In this document: positions 30,401 through 43,100 of the stretch, piece after piece | How positions within the stretch are numbered: the stretch's first letter is position 1 | How the letters are laid out: the number at the start of each line of letters is the position of its first letter | NCBI GenBank assembly: GCA_040954595.2 | Contig: CM082585.2 | Location: 9,598,564-9,662,563, forward strand | DNA length: 64,000 nt | Reading direction: 5' to 3' | DNA from: Balanoglossus misakiensis | Taxonomy: Eukaryota; Animalia; Hemichordata | Made by a program: the position numbers and the translations under genes | Notes under the pieces: generated by a model | What the model was told of the DNA's origin: nothing | Database searches by the model: none | Seen by the model: the letters and a program-made list of their open reading frames with translations, nothing else

Positions 30401-30895
30401 ATTCATTTCGTAAATTTTGTATTGCAGATTCCCTCGCTCGCCTTGTTTTGTCATCACTCGTCAACTGAGATAGGTCAAAGGTAAGTACCAGAGTCGACAA
30501 ATACCCCCAGCTCGAAATCATTATTTCTGATTATTTAGTGATCGTGTCAATACTCGTTGAATTCCTGAAGTTCACCCGAGTGCACTGACTGATCACCTGC
30601 AGGTTTACCCTGAAGTTGTAAACATTTCTGACTGTTCAGTGTGTATCAATCCTTGGCTATCAACATGTGTCATGTCCCAGTACTGTACACTACAGCCGTG
30701 TGCATTTGAATGACAAATGAAACCTACCTTAGTTTGAAGAATATGGAGGAGGTTTCAATTATTTTATGGTGGGGGAACCACAATGAAATACCAGCAACAG
30801 TTACACATTAAACTAGCAAACAAACAAGCAAGAAAGTTCATCTTTTGATGGAGTTTCTTCAACATGTGTTAAACATGATGATGATGATGATGATG

Positions 30896-30967
30896 TAGCT
30901 GCAATAATTGTAGCCTTGGTGGGTTGGGTGATCGCCCAACCCACCAAGGCTACAATTATTGCAGCTA
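30896..30967. repeat. 72-bp near-perfect palindrome (33-bp perfect arms) inside a (GAT)n tract
   Basis: TAGCTGCAATAATTGTAGCCTTGGTGGGTTGGG-TGATCG-CCCAACCCACCAAGGCTACAATTATTGCAGCTA. Confidence 0.95.
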
Positions 30968-31173
30968 TAAATGAGGATGATGAGGATGATGGTGGTGGAT
31001 ATGGCATCATTTGCACATTTGTTTTAAAACACCGATTCTCCCCTATACAACTCTAATTGAAAGAGCTTTTCACTCTTCACAGACATGACAAAGGATTGAC
31101 ATTTGATATCTCCAAGTGAAGCATCAACACATGGAGGCACCCTGAAGCATACACACAGTCTGAAGAACATAGA

Positions 31174-34100
31174 ATGGTTGCCAAAATGTCCATGCATCCC
31201 AAACTGAAACTGAAGGTAGACGAGTTGTTTTTACGATGGCTGAGTGACACTGAGACGCAGATCGAATTGAAGGAGAGTCTGAAGCGAATCTGTAGAGGTG
31301 AACATCCGAGTGCGTATACTGCTCCATACAGTGGATTTGGCAGCAAGAACAACAGACCTGCATCTCCTCTCACAAGGGCAAATTCCCCGACAACCCCACC
31401 ATGTTCGCCCCCGCCCATGAAATCGCCAAGTCCCCGCAGTCCCCGGAAACGGAGCTCTACAAACCTAAAATCACTGCTGAGTTCTCAGAAGGCAAAGGTA
31501 AGGTATTAAAACATTGAACACCACATACTGGGACAGTAATTGTAACACTTGGTGGATTTTCAAAAAAAAATTTAGTGTCGAAAAACCGCCAAAAGTTACA
31601 GCTAATGTTCCATCAACTTCGTGTAATGTCTATTTTGAAAACAAGCCCTGCTTTGATGCAGTGCTTGTTTTCAGTTTGCCTGAAGACAAAACAATTTCCA
31701 GTCTTGAATATGATTCACATGTACAAGAATGAAATTACCGGTAGTCTCTGCAGACTTGGGGTCAGCATTGTTCTGTCTAAAAATGAACTACCGGTATGCT
31801 GATATAAGTCACACAACACTGATCCTAGCGAACTTAGATCTTTTAACAGTGACATTTGTGTATATACATGTTTCAGGCGTCTTTCTCTGAGTGATTGTTT
31901 CCAGAAACTTTTTTGGAATATAAATATTTTTGAGATGTTAGATAACTAGCCACGATATTCTATGATGAAAAGCATCTATCAACACATTTGTTGCAAATAG
32001 TTATCTCTAAAAACAGTTTGGTTTCAATAAGTGTTTACAATGTCATAAAAGCTATTTACGGTATGCTGTCAACTGGTTGTAATCAGGACATAGTCCATCA
32101 ATGCAACATTTGCAAGTAATTCTTTCTATAAAAAACTAATTTCTGTATTGTAAATATTTGCAAGCAATATGACAAGCTTGGCTTCTCATATATCGGTTGT
32201 ACTGTGGGTAGGCATGTTCACACATTAGAAACGAAATCAAAGTGTCTGTATTAAATCAACACAGCCTCTAGTCTACATGGGTCTAAAGTACATACCTCTC
32301 CGCAACATCTATGGGGTCTATTTGTGTGTGTGTGGCCACAAGGCAACTCAAACGATTAATTCTCTGTGTTCACAAAACTAAAGGCAAATAGTATCTCTGA
32401 AACGTTTCTAGTTTTACCCAGTGTGAACCTGGTAACTGTACATTGACGTCCAGACAAGAATTTCTTTATCAACAATAACAATAGTGCTGAGACATATACA
32501 AGATATGTTGTATAAACATTGGTATAAATTTTGGTATGCTGTGCAGATTAGAACAAGAAATTTGCATTTGATACACAGACCAAAAATACTGAAAAAATAT
32601 GCCTGATGACCTCTTGATTTTTAAGAGTTTTTCAAACAAAATGAGTTCCAGATGTTTGGAGTGAGAGAAATGAAATATGTTTTATTTTTAGAATTTAATA
32701 TTGATGTAAAGATTATTGTTGTACAGTCAAGATAGTTTAGAAGCTAAGTGTGCGTATGATGAGTGAGAAAAGCAATGAGGGCGAATGGAGAAGGTTGAAA
32801 TGTCAGTGACCTGATTGTTGATGTTTTGTAATTATATAAACCGATGTCATAATCAAAACCCGATCTCCGAAACCACAGCCTGGCAGAGATATTCCCCCGT
32901 CTGGTTGATGTCAAATAAATAACTCCGGAAGGTCAGTAAATTTTGAATAGCAACTGTTAAATTTTTTTTATGGTGATGGCTCACAGGCAAGTGAAAATCA
33001 CTGCTGTGCTTTATGGGGGAGCGATGTCTGTGATTGGAATGGCTGGATGTATACAAGTTGTGACAGGGTGCCGGGCTAGGGAATAACCCTGATGACTGGC
33101 AGTGATGGTGTAACTGTATAGCGCAAAGCATGTCTAGTATGCACTGTGGCCCCTTCATTAACTGAACCAGTAACCATATATGGAACATCTTATTACACTC
33201 TATCCAGTCTATGCCGGACTAAACAACTCGCTGTGCTTTCAAGCTTGATTTTTTGTCTCTCTCTCTCCGAAATTCTCTTCGGATTTCTCCACTGGCCTCT
33301 TTGTCTGCCGCGTCACCATGTGTGTGTGTCCCTCCTGACTGGCTGGTTGGTTGATTTTTTTGCCGGGTGGGTGGTGATTATCCATGTGTTGGTGCGGAAC
33401 GGATCGCCGTCGCTGCCACCATCAACACTGCCCTGTGTGCCCTGTTGCCCGGGTTGGAATATTATGAAGGAACTCCACCATGCATCCTACCGACGTGTGA
33501 TCTGCCGATTGACCGTCTACCACAGCATCCGAATCGACCAGCGACACCAGCGGGCCGTGCACAACTGCTATCGCTGCAGCGGCCAGGTCAAGTGCAAGGA
33601 CTCGGACTCGCCGCTCAACTGCTCCGCTATACACTACAGTTTCTGCACCGTAGTGACCTTGCCTCCCCGGCTCCTCCGAGAGAACTTGAACTTCAGCCAC
33701 AATAGCCTCTTTGCGAAGGCCAAGGGCAAGGGCAAAGACAAAAGTACAAAGGAACAGGTATGTTTGGGGGTGTTGCATCCCCAATACTCCAACCACCCCA
33801 CCTCCTGCCTTGGGTCACACAACCTGGTGGACATCACTCTAGGTTCTGTACATGCAATATCCATGTCCTGGTCAGGCATGGGTATGATAGTTAACTATGA
33901 AATTACAGTGTAAATTGGAGAAAGATAGGATGGCCTGTCAATCAAAAAATTGATTTGTCAGATATGCGGTGGGGTTTCTTGTTTGGATCCAAGATTCTTG
34001 GGTGTCCAAGCAATGTATCCAATGTACTGTAATAATATAATCACCATGGAATTCTGTCATGGGGATTTTGATCTTTCTACCAGACTACATATAAATGCCA

Positions 34101-37100
34101 GCACGAGGGGACATCCTTGCTTAATCACTAACCCCTTTAACTGCCACTTTTAATACAGCCCACTGTTTTTATTTGGGCTTCCTGATGTCTGAGACTTGGA
34201 ATAGACGTCTCATGGTTTAGAGAGGCCGGAAGGCAGCCATATGGGGAATTTCAAGGAAGTGAGGATCTAAAGATTGTAGGAAATTGTTTCCTGTATGTGA
34301 AATGGAGTGTCTATTATTGAACCCGTGCAGAACAATTGTAAAAACCTCTATCCATTAAATGAAAATTACACATGTACCGAATGTTTGTCCCTTTAATAGT
34401 AAATATAACTGTCATGTCCCTTTAATATTACATCACAATGCGTCATGGGTGACACCAAGGTAATTCCAATTCACCTCTACACACTGGTGAATTTCAGCTA
34501 TTTCAGTGGTGGACTGAGTCATTGATAAAATTCCTTCAACTGACTGACGTCAAAATACTAGGTCACTCAGCAACAGCTCAGCCCGGCCCTGCAGGGTGTC
34601 CTTTCTGTAATTACACGTGGTTGTTATATTTGTCATGCCCGGAGGTCAAACAAATATGTCGGGTCAAGCTGGAGTGAAACTCATTGATGTTTTTTTCTGC
34701 GCACCAGTCAGGTTAATTATTGTGCCATACAGATTCATGAGTCTTTTAAAAAAAGAGCGATATTTTGACTCAAGTGTTAGCCATTAGCCTTGCCAAGCAA
34801 AGAAGATGTGAAGTGATTTATTTAGTCTGGTAGACCCATTTAGTCATCAAGAAATACCAGGAAAAGAATTCAACAAGGATGTTGCATGAGATTTGGGAAA
34901 GAAATGTTTCGCTCAAATAACATATGCAAAGTTTTACTAACTGGTAGTTTGTGTTTTGGTACAAAAATCAACACTGAAAACTATAACTGATGGATGAATG
35001 TAGACTTCTGTAGATCTAGTATGTATCTGAGATGTGAGGTCCCTTTTCCCGTCATTTTCCACATTCTTCCATCTGTATAATATTTGACTTGTGCCATGAT
35101 GATATCCCCGGGAAACATGACTCCGGTCGGCCCGGAATGCAGTTTTATTAATAGCAACCCACAGCCACACCAGAGCTTCTACTAGCATGGAAGAAGACGT
35201 CGGGACCGGTGTAAATCAACACCTCCATCAAAAGTAGCTACAGGCCATTTGAACTAAAAATAACTAAAATCTAAAAACAAGCATTCAGCATACCTAAGAC
35301 TTGTTTTACATGTAGGTAGTTGTGGAGCATGGTGATGTAACACAGACCTGTCACATGGAGGGCATATGTTTCATCATGGTTTCCTCAGTTCTCTGCAGTC
35401 GTCATTCTCAACGTCCATGCCGGGCTGTACGAGGTCTGTAAGGTCATTGGCATTGAGTGATTGGAGGCGTTCCCAGTTATAGGACACGTTAGTATCCCTG
35501 AAATAGAACTGGCATGCGGTCTACGATCTGCTGCTACCATTTCAGTAACTGATAGCGGTATGCCAGCCACAAATGATCTGTAATTGTTGTTGCACCATTT
35601 GAAGACTAGAATGCAATTTGTCTATTATCTCTGATACATTGGTACTTATACTATGTATTCTTATATACATATTGCTGTGACCACATAAAGCATTTATGAA
35701 ACTGTCTCTGAGAAAAGTGAATAAAAACAATGTCATACTCGTAAATTTGTACTATTAACTTCTGCCAGCTGTACATAAGTAAGTCTGTTCGAAGGGAGAA
35801 TGTCATATCAGTTATGAGTGTGAATTCGAGATTGTACAAAACGTGTAGACAATGCATTAAATCGTAGAAGGGTGACATTTTGACCTACCGGTACTCAACA
35901 TCCAAGTGATGTCAGCTGCAACCAACATGTGGTCTGATCAGCTCCACAACACTTGATATTAAACTCAGCTGTCTTTTCTGGCTGCGGTTTCATATTTTGT
36001 CAGAATCGAACCCTATCCATGATAAGAGTCATTTCATATCATTGCAAATGGGTACTTCGTATAAAATAACTTCAGTTGTAGGCACCAAAATTTATTATAA
36101 TCAAGACGTTTGTATGTTTTTGTATGATTTTCTAATACCAACAGTTCTGGATGTGATCGAGTTCGAATTATGCCTCTTACTGGTATCTTTATTTGCTGCT
36201 TTGACAGGTTTCACCAAAACCCAAACAGCCCAATAGGACCCAAGAGACAGTACATATTCCCCAGTTCTATTACCCTCTCGGAAGACCAATATCTCAGGAT
36301 GATATCGATGCCATGTTGCAAAGAGTACAAGATGTCTTTAGTCAACTTTCAGGTGGTAAAATACTCAAAAACCAAATGGAAAAGGTAACAAAGGTGAGTG
36401 AGAGTACTCGAGTCTTAAAGGAATACAACCAGAAAAAAAAATCATCATGGCTAAAATGTAGGTCAAACTGCAGCTTCTTATTTCAGATTGAAAACAAATG
36501 ATGATATCATTTTCCATGTATGCTTTTAGGTATGTGGGTATCTATTGAACTGGAAAGCAATCTGTAGTTTCCAATATCAGAACAATAAAGTTCTGATATC
36601 AATTTTTCGCATCTTTTCTGTCATGGATATGGGTGTTCACCGTATTTTCAGAAGAAAAAACCCAGCATTTATTGCATTGAATTTCAGGACAGTACAATTA
36701 CAGTATCATTGTCATTTATACTCTTTCAGGCGTGTGGGTGTCCATTATATTGGAAAGCACCACTTTTCAAAGCAGCTGGGGGTGACAATGCAGGTCATAT
36801 CACTCAAAATAGTTTTATATCTATGTGGAAAAAGTGAGTACTCTGTAATTATTAAATTTTGTAAGCAGCCATTTTGTTTTGAATCTGTTTCATTTCTGAA
36901 GTTACTATTCAGATATGCGTCGACTGATGTTTATGGCATGAATACTGGTATGCATGTCAATTTTGTTTCATAAAAGAATCCAATATGGCTGTTTGGTGGT
37001 TATTTTATTACATCTTTTGTGTGACCGTTAGTAACTGTACTTTTTTGACAGAATTGTTCAAAATTGTCATGACGAGGCGTCAAGATTTGTGAAACTTATA

Positions 37101-40100
37101 GCACCTGAAGGATGTAATTTTCTAAAGTCAGAAGATTTTTATTGTCTAGTTCAGGTGAGTGAACTTTGTAGAAACTTTCTGAAAGTCATCAGCTTCGATT
37201 TGATTATTTTGACCTAAAATATTTTCAAACGGAAAACATCTCACATGCAGCCCCGATGAAATTGTGTGAATATCAGATATATGAGACAACTTTCAGTTGG
37301 TGCGACACCGAGTGATGGCAAAGCCGGGGAAAGTTGATAAACCTGTCACGAGAGGGCACACTTCTGAATGGACATGGGAAGTGTAGTCGCCACTGAATGA
37401 ACTTAAAATGAACTGGACTGCTTTGAGTGTTTGGTGGATTTTGGAAGTCAGGCACATTGTGTCAGATCAACTGAGTTAAGTTAGATAGGGAAGGAAAAGG
37501 CAATGTTGCATAATAGGGAGAATGCTTTGGCCAATTCGGTAAATTGCTTTTGAGCTGGGGTTTGTCCTTGTATGCATACCCGTATAGTTGTGTAAAAGTG
37601 TGTGGACAGAGATAGACCCAGTAAGCAGTACAGCGCCCCCTAAGTCTATTGAGCCAGTTAAATTCGTATGATTGTGAAGTCTTTAGCAATGCACCAAATT
37701 AAACTCTGTCACAGAACACAATGTAGTGTATGGAAACTATGGAAATGAAGTCATTTGGGTTGAAAATTGACATGCATGGTGGCTTAAGCTTGTGGTGCAT
37801 GAATCTACGAAACTGATTCTGAAAACCATCCTGAATGAGTATATTAAAGAAATATATCTAAACATTTGTTTATGTACATAGACATTTATGAAAAGCCATG
37901 AGAAACACAAACGACATTTTGTATCTTTTTTTCATCTGACAGGATGTTGTCGACACTCACCCAGGTCTGCAATTTCTTCAAGATTCCCCAGAATTCCATT
38001 CAAGATACATACACACGGTAAGCTAACATCCCCAATGTTTCTCCTGAATTTTACGTGGCCCTCACCACAAAATCATGACCCCATGTCAGATATAAATTGT
38101 CACTCTAATATACCGGTATTAAAGGCCCCTTATTAGACCTAACTGGTAATACGGCAACTTGTGATCAACACTGTGTTACAGTATGTGGCAAATCTAACCA
38201 AGAAACATGCTGTAGGGGAACACACACAAAAAGGCACAAACACAGCAAATATTTAGAAAATAGTGCAGTGAAGCTTGCTTTAATATGTCTCAAGTCTCCA
38301 TAAAGGAAACAATTCTTCCAGTTGATGTTCTGGTTTGCCTCATACAATAAAGAAAATGACTAGTTTGTGACGGCACTGTTGAAGAGATCTTGCAGATTTA
38401 TGAAATCTGTTGATGAAATAAAAGTGTCTCATTTGAAAATTGTGCCTCGTCTTGAAAATGATCATGATTTCTCCATTTTATGACTATTACATTATTGAGA
38501 GGTTGTTCCAGAGGTAATACGGAATTCTTTTCATTTTTTGAGACAAATAAGCTCTCATTCGATTATAGTGTGAATTGTAAACATTTTTAGGAAAATACAA
38601 AACTTGTTTTAAGAAAAATAACATAATGAACTTTTCCCTCCCATATCACAAGTGATGGGATGGTCTTGAGTGCAGTTTCTATGGTGATGACTATTTCTGA
38701 GAATGTTTGGATTGCAGGGGACGTCAGTAGATTATTGTAGTGATTGATACATCATGGAATGGTTTGGTAAAGGTCACAGAAAGGTCATGATGACTATGAT
38801 ATGTATTACCCATGGTGTTTGACATTTTGACTGAACATTTCAAAGCATGAAGATGCACCATATCACCACAGTATTCTATCAACAGAAGTCATGCACACTA
38901 GGGCAATGGTCGAACGTCTTTGACATAGTATTCTCTATCTTGAAAATCGACAATGATATCAATCTCAATTTTCGGGATATCTTTTGCTGGCTCTTCTTCA
39001 GGGGCTTCAGTCGGCTCTGCCACCTCGTCAGTTGGCTCCGTAGCTTCTTTGGCCGGTTTGTCTTCCTCATCTTCCTTTTCAACTTCCTGTTCCACTTCTT
39101 CTTCTTCCTGTTCCACTTCTTCTTCTTCCTGTTCCACTTCTTCCTCTTCCTCTTCCTTGATCTCCTCTTCCACTGACTTCTCCTCCTCCTCCTCATGTGG
39201 GGGCGCGTCTGTTGGAAGTGCAGTCGAAAAGCCGGGCCAAAAATCATTCGCTGTCGATCTAATATTATCAGAGACAGTGCCTCCCCCTACATAATCAGCA
39301 GTGCTTCGTATAAAATCAGAGCTGGTGCCTCCCCCTACATGATCAGAGACTGCAGTGCTTTCCCCAAAATAATCAGAAACGGTGCCTCCCCCTCCCCCTC
39401 CAGCTGCTGCTGTGGTTGCTGCTGCCTCCTCCGTCACTCCTTCTGCTGCCTCTGTTACATTGGATGCTGATTCGTTCACTGGCTTGTCTGTGGGTGCCAC
39501 TTGTTCGCTTTCGGTGATCTCTGGTTCTTCGACCGCCTCAGCATCCGTCACGGGGCGCTCTTCCTCTGTGACGATCCTCTCTGTTGTATCCACGATCACC
39601 TCTCCCTCTGTCGGCTGTACAACGTCGGCTTCCGGTGACGGTGTGATGATTTCATAGACCGGACGACCGTGCTCAGAGCCGTGTCCGGGGAGGATTTCGT
39701 GGACCGGGTGCTCGCCGCCGCGCCCGGGGGCGTAGTCGTGAGGATCGGGTCGGACTTCGTGACCGGGAGCGTGTCCGTGTGGGCCGCCAATCACCACATG
39801 GATGACACCGCTGTGACCGGGTCTGGCGGTCAGGGCTGGGTACGATGTCACACCCATCACCAGAATTGCCAGTCCAATGCACAGCTGCAGTGAAATCATC
39901 TTTGTGTTTTACTGTATAGTTTCACAGACCTATCAGAGAAAGAAAGAGAGAGAAAATGTGATTGGTTAATTATGTGTCAAATGCTTTGTAGCAAAATCAG
40001 TTTGTCAATGATAACAACTACCATTGAAGCTGTCATTATTTAACGATAATGTAACAAAGGCAATTTTTTTTTTTCAAAATTGAACAAAATTTATGAAAGG

Positions 40101-43100
40101 TAGTGTTAGTTTCTAAGCAGCTATTTCTTTCCTGATTAAGATTCAATGCAGTTGTCTTTGTTTACTAGTAGTCCCTTGATAGTGAAATATGATGTTTTAA
40201 AGACCTCACTGGCCTTGAATTGAGACTCATGTTCTGTTGGCTGTTAGCGCTTGAGAAAAAAAGACACCTACTACAGCTTTATACACCAGATTATGTTTGG
40301 GGCACAAAATTATCTATACACTACAGATACAATATAAAAATGCCTTAGAAGTTATAAAGTCTGCGATTGACTAAAGCTGGTCATATTTTACACAAAATCT
40401 TTCATTGATGAATAAAAAAAGATTAATCTTTCACTTGGAAAAAAAAGTCATCTTTGCTTCTTCAAACGTTATAAAAAATTTGTACACAATAAATCTATGA
40501 AGGTTCTTATGTCAGAATTTCTTCTTCTGGACAAAGTGTTTTCTAGAAGTTTGGCACACACGAGAAAACTGAAAGTTTTTCATGAGAAGAGACTTACCTT
40601 AAGTACTGAAAGAGCTGAGCTGTGGCAAAGTTTTCGGAGAGTTGTGGCTGCTGTTCTGAGGCAAAGTCTCTGGAGCTGGAGCTAGTCAAGAAGACCAATC
40701 TTCAAATCCAGTACAAAGTGGCGATAGAGTCCCCCGATCCCACCGTTTAAATAGAAGACCAAGCTGAAGTGAAATCCTCCTGAGTTTCCTAATATGGCAT
40801 GTCAGAAGTTGCGGCAGCCAATGGGGCGAGAGGAAAGTTTTTTATCGTCCTGATAATTGCGCAGGTTATGGTATCTCCTTGCAGGCATGATGGAGAGCTC
40901 GCAAAATCGGGTTCTTATTTTAAACACTGGGAGATTAATGACACTAGGGGTCAAGGTGGAGTGGAGTTTGTCAGTGGGATGGGATGATGTAGACCACCAT
41001 GCCCTGAACTGTGGCTAGTTGCCAAGTGATGGCTCGGGTTACTTCTTCATCAACAGTATTAAAAGTTGTGGGTTACTAGGTGACTGCAAATGGCTTCTTG
41101 TGATGAGAGAAGAGGGCAGAGATGGAGAGAGAAGGGGAGGGAGGGAGAGAGGGACTGCAAGAGTCTCTGGGGGGGAGAGAAAGAGAGAGAGGGGGGAGTG
41201 AGTGAATGAGTGAGGGAGCAAGAGAGACTCAGAGAGTCTGAGAGAGAGGGGAGAGAGAGAGAGAATTTCCTCAGCTCCTCGTGTGTTCCAGAGTCTAAAT
41301 TTTCCAGATGATGCCAAACATTTGACACCAACTGAAACCTGCACATAAAAACCTTGGACGGTCAGGCAGAGTGCAGAAGGGCACCTGTTCACTGTAGCCT
41401 TCATTCCACATGTCATCTTGTGTTTGCTGGGTCCGTTTATTGAGTCCAGCTGGCAATGTCTGAGTTGCGGGTTTTCTCAGTCAGCCCGACTGTTTCGCTA
41501 AAACTTTATGGGGTTTCATAAGTCAAAGAAAGAAATGGTCTTTACGTTTGAAGTTGTGCGCAAAGCGTCTGGTGTCATCAGTTTTTATTGTAGATGTTTT
41601 ATATTGACATAAATTTTTAGGGTCCTTCAACCTTATGTAACCTTAGTCAACCAGCAAATGATGGTGTCGCCAAAGTTGCAAAAACAGTGAAATAATATTT
41701 TATGTTTTGTTTTCATTTTATGGAGACTTTTGATGGCTTTGACTGATTGACTGTTTGTCTTTCTGGAGTGATTTATTTCAAAATGAGAGGTTGAAGAGGT
41801 GAAGATTGGTTTAAAGGATCTCACGTTCATTTTCTAAGTTCATTTTGTCAGCTGGCATAAATTTCTTCAATGAAGGATGTCTTCAAGGTGAGCAGGGGTG
41901 TTATTGTAGACAGGATGTGTACATCACACTGTTGCGCACTATCCATCAGAAGTCAAATCACAGTACTTAATGTATCATGATTGTGCAACTATCTACCAGA
42001 GTACACTCTTTCTGTCAGGTCATTGTCCTGATTTCCAAGACTGTGAGAAATTAGATGTACCCAGAGCATACCAGCTTCACTGGAAATGTTCAAATCTCTG
42101 AGATATTAAGATGCATATGTATTGTAGTCACTCGACAAAGTGACAGTACAGCCTTGTGTGTATATCTAGGTCTCTAAATCTGGGTTTATATATCTTGCTT
42201 TTATTGTCATAATTTACAACCGTTCAGTTTGTTCAGTCAGGTCACTAATTTTACAGGGTTTTAACTTACTTTTAGAGAACACTTTGTGGAGTAGTTGACT
42301 GTTTTACAACTTGTCAACGTGACCATCTGCACAAGCCTTCCCACAATGCACCAGTGTCATTTCTCATGAGACTTTCATGGTGATTAATAAAAGATTGACT
42401 TCAAGCGACGTAAATAACAAGGCCCATGAAACAAAAATAACATTATATGGTGACTTTTCCCCTTTAATCCAATCAGTTGTGTTTTCTCACACAGTACAAA
42501 AATAAAATAAAAAGCAACTGAAATGCGAGTTTAATCCTGTATGTGGGTGGCATAGATGCATTGAACATTTTAGTTGTAGTTAGCCTGGAAGCTCTACACA
42601 AGCACTGAAAAAAGTAATGGGTGTGGGCCTGAACATTTTTGACCCCTTCACCCCCTATTCCTGTATAGATCAGCCCGGATTTACAACCAAAGACACCAGG
42701 TTTAACCCAAGTACGGCACGCGGTGACGAGGTTAAATCCGCCACTTTTTTTATAGCCCGCCCCGCAACTGAAGTGCCCGGTCAGCTACTCCCAATGGACG
42801 AAGTGTGATCTGCGTTAACCTGACTCTTAATACAAAAGTTGCCCCGGGTCAAGAACAGCTGAAACAGCTTGTAAATCTCACCATTTTTGATTACTTTGCC
42901 AGCCCATTTCTCACCAAAGTCGGTGATTTTGTCGGCTTTAGTGCCGATTGCTGAGTGGTGTCTGGAACATCAAGATCTCTCGTATCTCTTAAGCATTTTT
43001 TTTCCAAGACTGGAAGGAACAATACTTTTACATGGCTTGAATTTTAAAAAAAGACTTATTAATTTTATGTATTAATTTTAATGCTGTCAGCTCACTGATG

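Noticed and set aside
33367-33879. Several overlapping ORFs on both strands
   Set aside because: These are by-products of the GC-rich candidate alternative exon. Only one frame has a phase-compatible donor.
35187-35236. ATGGAAGAAGAC start after a TATA-like tract, as a third PPP2R3 first exon
   Set aside because: The frame hits TAG with no phase-0 donor.
38847-39893. Arg/Lys-rich, Phe-rich and Ser-rich ORFs overlapping the nested gene
   Set aside because: These are alternative-frame and antisense shadows of the Glu-rich repeat ORF.
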